A model generated the notes under the pieces. That model had not been told where the DNA came from. It made no database searches and saw only the letters and a list, made by a program, of their open reading frames with translations. From positions 46,118 to 110,117 of the forward strand of contig PLXZ01000004.1 of assembly GCA_003151615.1 (NCBI GenBank): a stretch of 64,000 nt of DNA, in the 5' to 3' direction. The stretch is from Candidatus Tayloriibacteriota bacterium. GTDB taxonomy: Bacteria > Patescibacteriota > Minisyncoccia > Phycocordibacterales > PALSA-1337. This document shows, one piece after another, positions 57,051 to 64,000 of the stretch; the stretch's first letter is position 1; each line of letters opens with the position of its first letter. The position numbers and the translations under genes were made by a program.

Positions 57051-57992
57051 ATGAAATCGATACTCATCATAATTGATTATTTTGGAAAATGGCCGGAATG
57101 GATGCCGATTTTTTTGGCTAGTTGCGAAGCCAATCCTACCGTTAATTGGCTTATCCATACTGATTGTTCCATACCGGAGAAACATCCGGAAAATGTCTCT
57201 TTTTCCGCGATAAGCCTGTCTGATTATTATCGTCGCGTCAGTCGTATCCTCGGAATAAACTTTAATCCGCCAAATACTTACAAACTGTGCGATCTGGAGC
57301 CCTTTTATGGGATTCTTTATTCAAAAGAAATCAAAAGATTTGACTATTATGGTTACGGAGATATTGATGTCGTGTATGGCAATATACGCCATTTTTATAC
57401 CGATGAAGTGTTGCGACATAACGTGGTCAGCACTCATGACTATTTTGTATCTGGACATCTCGCTCTTTTCAAAAATATCAGGAGGACAAGAAAGGCCTTT
57501 CGATTGCTTCCAAAATGGAAGGAGAGGCTGGAAGATCCTAACTATGTGAGTTTGAATGAATTCGGGCTGACGGAGATCTTTAAAAGACCGGAGATAGTAT
57601 CAAGAGAAACCAGGAACAGGATGCCTTTAATGTCTGTTTGTTTCGAACTATGGTTTGATCTTACTCGTCTCAGGCACGCTCTGTGTTGGCGCAACAATTA
57701 TTTAGTCGAGCAATACACTACTCCGTTCATCCATATAACATGGCATGATGGCACGATGAATCATCCTGATACATGGTATTGGCAAAATGGCAGATTGACC
57801 AACGGCAAAGACGGGGACAGGGAGTTTATCTACTTACATTTCATGAACTTCAAATATCCGCGATACATGCATCCCGTTTTTGGCACCGTGGCACCGTGGA
57901 AAAATTTGCCTAGATTGCTGAACTTTGATCCAAAAGACAGAGGTACTGGACGCATACGGATAGACAAAAAAGGATTCCATCTTGAAAAGTGA
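57051..57992 (+). CDS. hypothetical AT-rich protein, possible DxD-type glycosyltransferase
   Basis: YYGYGDIDVVYGN acidic motif; located between the exporter and glycosyltransferases; no confident family. Confidence 0.3.
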   Translation: MKSILIIIDYFGKWPEWMPIFLASCEANPTVNWLIHTDCSIPEKHPENVSFSAISLSDYYRRVSRILGINFNPPNTYKLCDLEPFYGILYSKEIKRFDYYGYGDIDVVYGNIRHFYTDEVLRHNVVSTHDYFVSGHLALFKNIRRTRKAFRLLPKWKERLEDPNYVSLNEFGLTEIFKRPEIVSRETRNRMPLMSVCFELWFDLTRLRHALCWRNNYLVEQYTTPFIHITWHDGTMNHPDTWYWQNGRLTNGKDGDREFIYLHFMNFKYPRYMHPVFGTVAPWKNLPRLLNFDPKDRGTGRIRIDKKGFHLEK

Positions 57993-57998
57993 CGCCTA

Positions 57999-59036
57999 TC
58001 ACTTCAGAGTCGGTAATTCAGAAATAGCCGAACGTATGTCCTCAAGAGCTTTTTCCTCATCCCAAGTGAAGCTGGAATTCCTGCCGTCCCAATAGATAGT
58101 ATCGTAAGTGCATCTATATCCTTCACGACGCGCCAGAGCAGAGAGCGCTTTTCTAAGCTCGGCGAGTGAGCGAGCTTTACCTGAGTGTTTCAGTACATAT
58201 TTCCGAGGTGAAAACCTGTCGCGATGCTGATCGATCCACATGATGGTGTCGGCAAGGCCGCGTGGCGTAGGCGGGAACAGCATACCCGTCCGTTCGTTGA
58301 CATGTTTCTTTACGGTAGGACTTGCGTCAGCCGCGACAAGGAATGGTATGTCCGCCGCGAGGCATTCCATCTTGAAACGGTTAACGCCTTCATCATTGCT
58401 CGTCAGTATGCCCATGCGGCATTTATTGATAATCATATTGATATCTTCCGGGTTCGAAGGGGCATCCTCGTTACGGATCGATTTTGAGAAGGGAAATTCG
58501 ATGGAGGCACCAAGAGAGCCATCGAGGGCGATTATGTCCGATCGCAGCTGCTGTTGTTTTTGAGCTTCTTTGTCGTTCGTACTATTCCAGAAATGGCCGA
58601 ATTTCATGAATGAGCGATCCGGGCATAGCGCGGCGGCCCGCACGAAGAGTTCGTGGCGTTTGAACGGTTGCCATGCGGATATCTGTAGTGCGGCGTATGG
58701 TTTAGCGATGCCGAGAGGTCTGAACTCATCAGTGTCGACAAAGTCTGCATCGGCGATGGCAAGGCATATAATTTTAGGAAAGAGCTTCTGTGCCAGTTCC
58801 AGTTCCTGCGGATTGTCGATGAGTTTTATGTGGGGGGTGATCTGATTGCTTATCCCGCTCCAGCCGCGCCATTCGATCAGGAAGAAGTACTTTTTTAGTT
58901 CAGGTATCTTGGCGCAGGCGTAATCGCATCGGCTTAGAAGGAGGACTCCTTTTTCTATTTTACCCTCGCCGCGCGTGGCCGGTTTTTGTAATATAGTCGA
59001 CGCAAAAAAGGAAGTCTCTTTATCCATATAAGACAT
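57999..59036 (-). CDS. glycosyltransferase (GT-B, family 4-like C-terminal domain)
   Basis: ECLAADIPFLVAADASPTVKKHVNERTGMLFPP resembling the GT4 EX7E region. Confidence 0.5.
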   Translation of the reverse strand: MSYMDKETSFFASTILQKPATRGEGKIEKGVLLLSRCDYACAKIPELKKYFFLIEWRGWSGISNQITPHIKLIDNPQELELAQKLFPKIICLAIADADFVDTDEFRPLGIAKPYAALQISAWQPFKRHELFVRAAALCPDRSFMKFGHFWNSTNDKEAQKQQQLRSDIIALDGSLGASIEFPFSKSIRNEDAPSNPEDINMIINKCRMGILTSNDEGVNRFKMECLAADIPFLVAADASPTVKKHVNERTGMLFPPTPRGLADTIMWIDQHRDRFSPRKYVLKHSGKARSLAELRKALSALARREGYRCTYDTIYWDGRNSSFTWDEEKALEDIRSAISELPTLK

Positions 59037-60074
59037 ATGATATCATATGTTCTACCTATAACCATGCCTATACACAAGAAAAATCTTTTAGTTACGCTCT
59101 CCGACGCATCGCATATTGAACAGGCAAAACAGCTGTTCTCATCGGTCTATTGGAATGCGGGTTGGAAAGGCGATTATCTACTGCTCGCTAATGAAGTGCC
59201 TGAATCAGAGCTTGCATGGTTTCGTGCTAAAGATATTTTTGTATATGAGTGTCAGACGCTTGTTCGAGATTATGTCGGACGCCAGAAGCATCCACCAGTC
59301 GTCGTGAGCAAACTATATCTGTTTACTCAATTTTTCAAGCAATGGGACACGATTGTCTTTCTTGATAGCGATATCATCGTGCGTTCATCGCTTGAAGCGT
59401 TGACAGATATCCGTGGATTCGCCGCCCCTGATGCGACCGGCATCGATCTTGGGGGAGAGTTCTACCCTAGTGACAGAAAATTATTTCAAGAGCTAAAGTC
59501 AGCCTTTGCTTTATCCGGTCCGGCGTTCAATACGGGAGTATTTGTTTTTAGTACGGATATCATTGAAGGCGATACGTTTGATCGTCTAATGCGCTTGTTT
59601 GATCGTTTTGGAACCTTGAATGCGTGTGGTGAAGAAGGCACGCTCAATTTATTCCTGAAAGAAAGACGCCAGGAGTTGCCTATCGCTTACAATATGTATC
59701 CTATGTACGCTGAAACCGTTTTAGGGGTCAAACAAGATAAGTTTGAGGCTATCATTGTTCATTTCGCCACGACTGTTAAACCATGGAGCGAAAAAAGTTC
59801 CTTTTACCGCGAATGGGCAGATACTCTTTCAAAAGCGGACAGAATTGATCTCAGTAGGCGGGTAGAATCTCGTGAAATATGGAGCCCTGAGAGAATAAAG
59901 AATCATGCACGCGCGATCCGACGTTCCGGAAAATATCCTAGAGGAATAATATATAAAACTCGTCTCGCGCTAGATAGGTGGGTTGGTCTTGCGGGTATAG
60001 TCATAAGGAAAGTGTCGCCTGGTGTTTATCACTTTCTACAACCTCATGCTCCATGTCTTCGTCCGCGCCCATGA
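59037..60074 (+). CDS. glycosyltransferase family 8 (LPS alpha-1,2/1,3-glycosyltransferase-like)
   Basis: VFLDSDIIV DxD, AFNTGVFVF, GT8-like spacing. Confidence 0.65.
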   Translation: MISYVLPITMPIHKKNLLVTLSDASHIEQAKQLFSSVYWNAGWKGDYLLLANEVPESELAWFRAKDIFVYECQTLVRDYVGRQKHPPVVVSKLYLFTQFFKQWDTIVFLDSDIIVRSSLEALTDIRGFAAPDATGIDLGGEFYPSDRKLFQELKSAFALSGPAFNTGVFVFSTDIIEGDTFDRLMRLFDRFGTLNACGEEGTLNLFLKERRQELPIAYNMYPMYAETVLGVKQDKFEAIIVHFATTVKPWSEKSSFYREWADTLSKADRIDLSRRVESREIWSPERIKNHARAIRRSGKYPRGIIYKTRLALDRWVGLAGIVIRKVSPGVYHFLQPHAPCLRPRP

Positions 60075-61221
60075 TTCGGTGTGGTGCCGACGCGAATTGC
60101 TCGAAATTTATGTTTCCTTTTATAATGGCCTGTATTTTTTTTGTAAATACAAAAACATCGAATCCTTTGGCTTGTTTCTGACAATTTTCTTTATAAAAAC
60201 GGCGCCGTTCGGTGTTTTTTAGTTCTGCGGCGAGTTTTTTCACCGTAACAGCAAGCTTTACCTCGTCTATATCATCGATCAGTACGCCCATCTTGTCATT
60301 GACGACGGTTTCCCGATAGCCGCCCTCGTTCGGAGCGATGACTGGTTTTCCGGAAGCCATTGCTTCCACCGCGGTCATGCCGAAATCTTCGTCATAGGAT
60401 GTGGTTATGAATCCCGTACAATTCGCATAGAGCTCGCGGAGCTCTTCTTGGGAGACCCAATGCCGGAGCTCGACGTTGGCGGGTTTGACGCTCTCGATGT
60501 ATCGTTTGTAGCTCTCGAATTGACCGGCTCCTTTCTCATAACTCCCCACGATGACGAGCCGTGCGTCGGGCATCATCGAGAAAGCTTTGGCCTGGATGTC
60601 TATCCTCTTGTGATCGAGCAGGCGATTGACGGATAGCCAGTATCTGCCGTCTTTCTCGCATGAGTATTTTTTCGTATCGACGGGGGGATGGATGACGGCG
60701 GCGCTTGTTCCATAATAGCGGAGTATCCTTTTCTTTGAATTCTCCGAGTTGCATGTCCAAGTGCTGACATGACGCGCGTAACGCAGAGTCAGCATGCGAT
60801 TGAACCTGACCCATAGCTCGAAAATCGGATGTTTCCAGGCCGATACCATCTTTTTTCCGACGAAATCCTTGAAAGCCCAAAGCTCATTCAGTGGTCCATG
60901 AACGTACCAAAAGTTCGGCTTATTATTGACCGCGGCGGACATGGCCCAGTCGCCCGATATGACGTAAAAATCATATTGACAGCCCAGATTCAGGCGTCTG
61001 AACCTCCAAAATGCCAACTGATGCCTGAATGGGGCGCGTATCGGTACGCGACCAATAGAATGTATGCGCGGCAAGACGTCGATGAATCCGACACTTTCGA
61101 TTTTTTCTGCATCGAAGTTTGTCGTATACAGGTCCGCGTCTAGTTCTCGCGCGAGGGTGAGCGACACGATCTCTGCTCCTCCGATATTGTCCATAAAATT
61201 GTGGAGTACGGCGATTTTCAT
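60001..61221 (-). CDS. glycosyltransferase family 4
   Basis: KIAVLHNFMDNIGGAEIVSLTLAREL N-terminal GT4 motif; C-terminal EDFGMTAVEAMASGKPVIAPNEGG. Confidence 0.8.
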   Translation of the reverse strand: MKIAVLHNFMDNIGGAEIVSLTLARELDADLYTTNFDAEKIESVGFIDVLPRIHSIGRVPIRAPFRHQLAFWRFRRLNLGCQYDFYVISGDWAMSAAVNNKPNFWYVHGPLNELWAFKDFVGKKMVSAWKHPIFELWVRFNRMLTLRYARHVSTWTCNSENSKKRILRYYGTSAAVIHPPVDTKKYSCEKDGRYWLSVNRLLDHKRIDIQAKAFSMMPDARLVIVGSYEKGAGQFESYKRYIESVKPANVELRHWVSQEELRELYANCTGFITTSYDEDFGMTAVEAMASGKPVIAPNEGGYRETVVNDKMGVLIDDIDEVKLAVTVKKLAAELKNTERRRFYKENCQKQAKGFDVFVFTKKIQAIIKGNINFEQFASAPHRIMGADEDMEHEVVESDKHQATLSL

Positions 61222-62393
61222 TATTTTTCTCTAATACCCAGGATGGACAGCATGAAGGCCGAGAAGAACGTCTGGACGCCGATGACGACGGCGGTCAGGG
61301 CCACGACGGAATTTTTGATTTGGTCGAGTGAGCCGAAGCCCGAGCGGATCCAGAGGACAAAGATGGCTATGTAGACACTGCCGCCGAGAAGGGCAAGGAT
61401 AATGCCGGCAAGTGCCGCTTTTTCCAGGGTGACGATTTTAAAAAGCCGCTCGAAGGCGGGGCTTTTCTCGTCGAGCCGGGTGACGGCGTAGATTTTTGAA
61501 AAGAACGAAAAAATGACCAGTTCGTAGCCGACGATGATGAATATGGCCGACAGGAACATAGGGTGGACGAAGAATTGAATACCAAAGACAGTCGGCGAGC
61601 TGAGATACAGGATAGCCATTATGATCGCGCCGATGACGATGAGGCCGAGGCCCGGCAGGAGAAAGAGGTAGAGCGGGGAATAGAGCAGGATAAAGCGAAG
61701 ATGCCTCCAGCCGTCGGCGAATGAACGCAGTTTCGATTCGCCAAGCCGTTTTTTATACGCAATCGGAATTTCGGCCATACGGACGCCGCGCTTCGCCGCT
61801 TTCGCAATCATTTCCGACGCGAATTCCATGCCGGTTGCGTGTGGCGCGATTATTTCGATGGCGGTGCGTGTGACCGCGCGCATGCCGCAATGAATGTCGT
61901 GAATCCGAACGCCGAAGCACATTCTGACGAGCCACGACAATACCGGATTGCCGATATATTGATGGTGCCACGGCATTGCCGATTTTTCAATGGCCGCGCC
62001 GGCATCTTCGTCACTGGCGTTAAAACGATTGCCGACGACCAGTCCGTAGCCTTCCTTCAGTCGGGCAATGAATTTTGGCAGGTCGCGAAAATCGTAAGTT
62101 CCGTCGAGGTCGGCCATGAATAGATATTCGCCGCGGCTCGTTTCGATTCCTTTCAAATATGCCGAGCCGTAGCCTCGCCGCGGTTCGCACACGGGGATCA
62201 ATTCCGGGAATGTTTTTTGCATGTCCTTCAGGATTTTCGCTGAATTATCGGTCGAAGCGTTGTCGACGACGATGACTTCATAGTCGGAATGCGTGCCCCG
62301 CATCGTTTCCCGTATTTGGTTCATGCAATATACAATCGAGGCTTCTTCGTTTAGGCAGGGGAGGATTATGCTGATTATGCTATTATTCTTCAT
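61221..62393 (-). CDS. GT2 polyprenyl-phosphate glycosyltransferase (DPM1/ArnC/GtrB-like) with C-terminal TM helices
   Basis: ISIILPCLNEE, VIVVDNASTD, DLDGTYDF (DxD); four C-terminal hydrophobic helices. Confidence 0.8.
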   Translation of the reverse strand: MKNNSIISIILPCLNEEASIVYCMNQIRETMRGTHSDYEVIVVDNASTDNSAKILKDMQKTFPELIPVCEPRRGYGSAYLKGIETSRGEYLFMADLDGTYDFRDLPKFIARLKEGYGLVVGNRFNASDEDAGAAIEKSAMPWHHQYIGNPVLSWLVRMCFGVRIHDIHCGMRAVTRTAIEIIAPHATGMEFASEMIAKAAKRGVRMAEIPIAYKKRLGESKLRSFADGWRHLRFILLYSPLYLFLLPGLGLIVIGAIIMAILYLSSPTVFGIQFFVHPMFLSAIFIIVGYELVIFSFFSKIYAVTRLDEKSPAFERLFKIVTLEKAALAGIILALLGGSVYIAIFVLWIRSGFGSLDQIKNSVVALTAVVIGVQTFFSAFMLSILGIREK

Positions 62394-62396
62394 ATG

Positions 62397-64000
62397 ATTG
62401 AATGTCTGACGGGCGCATGTCTTTTATTTATTCCTTTCTGTCTTGTATTGTGTTTCAAAAAAAAACGTTTCGGCGTTGCCTGTGTTTTTATTGGGGTGGT
62501 TTTGTTTCATCTATGCCTCGCTCTTGCCCTGCAAGCCGCCGGCATTTTTTCATACGCGTCGGTCGTGGTCTGCAACGCCGTAGCGTCCGCGATTGCCGTC
62601 GCCGTCTGCGTCAGATTTCACGCCGGATTTCATGCCAACCACGGTGCCATTTCCAAACAATTTCCAAAAATAAACTGGTTTGTCTTGGCCGCTTTCGCAA
62701 TCGTTTTTTATGAACTTTTTTCCGTTCATTATTTTTACACCGGCATCATCGTCACCGACAACGGCGAACATGCCGTAGTCCACGCGTCGTACCAGTATCC
62801 CTATTTTTCGGACGAATATTCCGGCGTGGCGCTCACCGCGTATTCTATCAGAAACCATTCTCTACCACTAGCCGATCCGCTTCACGGGGATACCCCTTCG
62901 GCCGACTTTCTTGTCTGTTTTTTTTCCGTCACCGCTGAATTATTTTTACTTCTCGGCGTCAGTCCTTTGGCCGGGTATGTCCCGTTCGCGATTGTCTCCG
63001 GATTGACGCTTTGTTTTTTGGCGTATCTTTTTCTGCGCAGTCGAAACGTCGATTCGTTTTCGGCGTCTTGCGCGGTCTTGGCGTTGCCTTTCATTGTGAA
63101 TGCCGGAAATCTTCCCGGTATCTGGTCATTGCTTCCGTTTATCGGGGGGCTCATTGTATTCATGGACGCACTTGTAATTTTGTCCGAATGTGAAGTAAAG
63201 AGCGGGGAATCGAAATCGAATCTTTTGTGTTTCGCCGGTTTTTTCGTCTCTTGCGCCGTTTCCGTCGCGCTCTATCCGCCGATAATTGTCTTTGTCGTAC
63301 CGGTGCTGTTGTGCATGTTCGTCGGATTCCGCTTGTCGCGAAATCGCCGGATGTTCCTGGCTATTGCCGGCCTTCTGGCGGTCATCGCTGTCGGCATTTG
63401 TGTCGTGCTCGCGCTGACGGGAACACTTTCGTTGGCGTTCTCGTTCAGCATGAGAAACAATCTGGTCGGCGGAATTCCTTCGTTCCCGATATGGATTGTC
63501 GTGCCATGGTTTGTGTTGCCGTTCGCCGCGCTCGGCGTATGGGGCTGTCTCAAAAATAAAATGTATCCGTTTGTTTCGGCTATTGCCGTAGGGATGGCAT
63601 ATTGGATCGCGTACGCCTATACAACCGAAGTATTAATCATCGATTATCCGAGAATTGTCGTCGTCACGTCTTTTTTGACTGTTTTGCTTGCCGGATTCGG
63701 TCTTGGTTTTCTCGTCAAAAAAATACCTCCCGCCGCTTCCGCCCGTTGGATGATACCGCTTCAAATTGCGGTATGTCTGGTTTTTGCGGTGATGGCGATT
63801 TCGTACCCTTTGGAATCATGGGCGAAGTTTGTCCTGCGGTCCCAAACTCCGGAGGGCCTCGTTGTCACCGCTCCGGCGCCTCCCGTCGACGATTATTTGA
63901 CGGGTGAGGACCTCCGTCTTTTTTCGGGAATTGAGAGCCAACGTTTCATTTCGTCGCCATGGAAAGGCCTCGTCATCGGCGCGGCGACCCATAATTATCC
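62397..64000 (+). CDS. partial (5' portion) polytopic membrane protein, probable GT-C-type glycosyltransferase (ArnT/PMT-like); runs off window end; absent from ORF track because no stop
   Basis: Hand translation from ATG 62397 shows an open frame to position 64000 with more than 12 hydrophobic helices; divergent from the GT2 partner gene. Confidence 0.45.
   Translation, partial: MECLTGACLLFIPFCLVLCFKKKRFGVACVFIGVVLFHLCLALALQAAGIFSYASVVVCNAVASAIAVAVCVRFHAGFHANHGAISKQFPKINWFVLAAFAIVFYELFSVHYFYTGIIVTDNGEHAVVHASYQYPYFSDEYSGVALTAYSIRNHSLPLADPLHGDTPSADFLVCFFSVTAELFLLLGVSPLAGYVPFAIVSGLTLCFLAYLFLRSRNVDSFSASCAVLALPFIVNAGNLPGIWSLLPFIGGLIVFMDALVILSECEVKSGESKSNLLCFAGFFVSCAVSVALYPPIIVFVVPVLLCMFVGFRLSRNRRMFLAIAGLLAVIAVGICVVLALTGTLSLAFSFSMRNNLVGGIPSFPIWIVVPWFVLPFAALGVWGCLKNKMYPFVSAIAVGMAYWIAYAYTTEVLIIDYPRIVVVTSFLTVLLAGFGLGFLVKKIPPAASARWMIPLQIAVCLVFAVMAISYPLESWAKFVLRSQTPEGLVVTAPAPPVDDYLTGEDLRLFSGIESQRFISSPWKGLVIGAATHNY

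Noticed and set aside
1-64000. CRISPR arrays, rRNA genes, transposase or integrase genes
   Set aside because: No regularly spaced direct repeats, no rRNA-like conserved blocks and no DDE or tyrosine-recombinase motifs were seen in any frame of the ORF track

Overview
The window is a gene-dense bacterial chromosome segment, about 50% GC, with short intergenic gaps. Most of it is core housekeeping genes, but several AT-rich (about 33-38% GC) accessory genes are inserted among them. By inference only, the gene content suggests a small-genome bacterium of the Candidate Phyla Radiation (Patescibacteria) type: IF-2 lacks the N-terminal extension, HisS is divergent, and there are many small pilin-like proteins, free-standing LAGLIDADG genes and a TrmB-type regulator. 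Core genes recognised directly from conserved motifs are lepA, tsaD, trxB, ftsZ, ftsA, ybeY, rpsU, hisS, lepB, pth, rpsA, gmk, gyrA, coaE, coaD (fused to an HD domain), rbfA, infB, a cysteine desulfurase, clpB, an Hsp20 and a thermonuclease. There are ten canonical tRNA genes: Arg-CCT, Phe-GAA, Val-GAC, Ser-CGA, Glu-TTC, Leu-TAG, Lys-CTT, Leu-TAA and Cys-GCA, plus a separate non-canonical tRNA-like element. I found no rRNA and no CRISPR array. Accessory content, in order: (1) two free-standing genes with an N-terminal helix-turn-helix and a LAGLIDADG homing-endonuclease-like domain, one overlapping the lepA start and one beside a tRNA pair; (2) a complete GDP-D-glycero-alpha-D-manno-heptose pathway (GHMP kinase, GmhA, nucleotidyltransferase, GmhB) next to a transaldolase, an epimerase and two oxidoreductases; (3) a 555-aa protein that looks like a fusion of a class-II terpene-cyclase/prenyltransferase repeat domain and a squalene/phytoene-synthase-like domain; (4) a two-component system placed divergently from a DedA-PAP2 fusion protein, with a recurring AT-rich palindrome in its intergenic regions; (5) a roughly 210-nt highly structured minus-strand region at 40278-40490 containing a tRNA-like T-arm and acceptor but a non-canonical anticodon region, long-range inverted repeats and its own UUCG terminator; (6) an array of five paralogous small membrane proteins resembling TrbC/VirB2 pilins (signal peptide plus two helices), interrupted by a large membrane-anchored protein and followed by a tRNA cluster with tandem degenerate copies of the tRNA-Lys 5' end; (7) a frameshifted type IV pilin gene; (8) a terminal surface-glycan locus with a Wzm/Wzt-type ABC exporter, GT8, GT4, GT2 and GT-C-like glycosyltransferases, the last gene running off the window end. 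All assignments rest on reading motifs in the supplied translations; no database search was possible.
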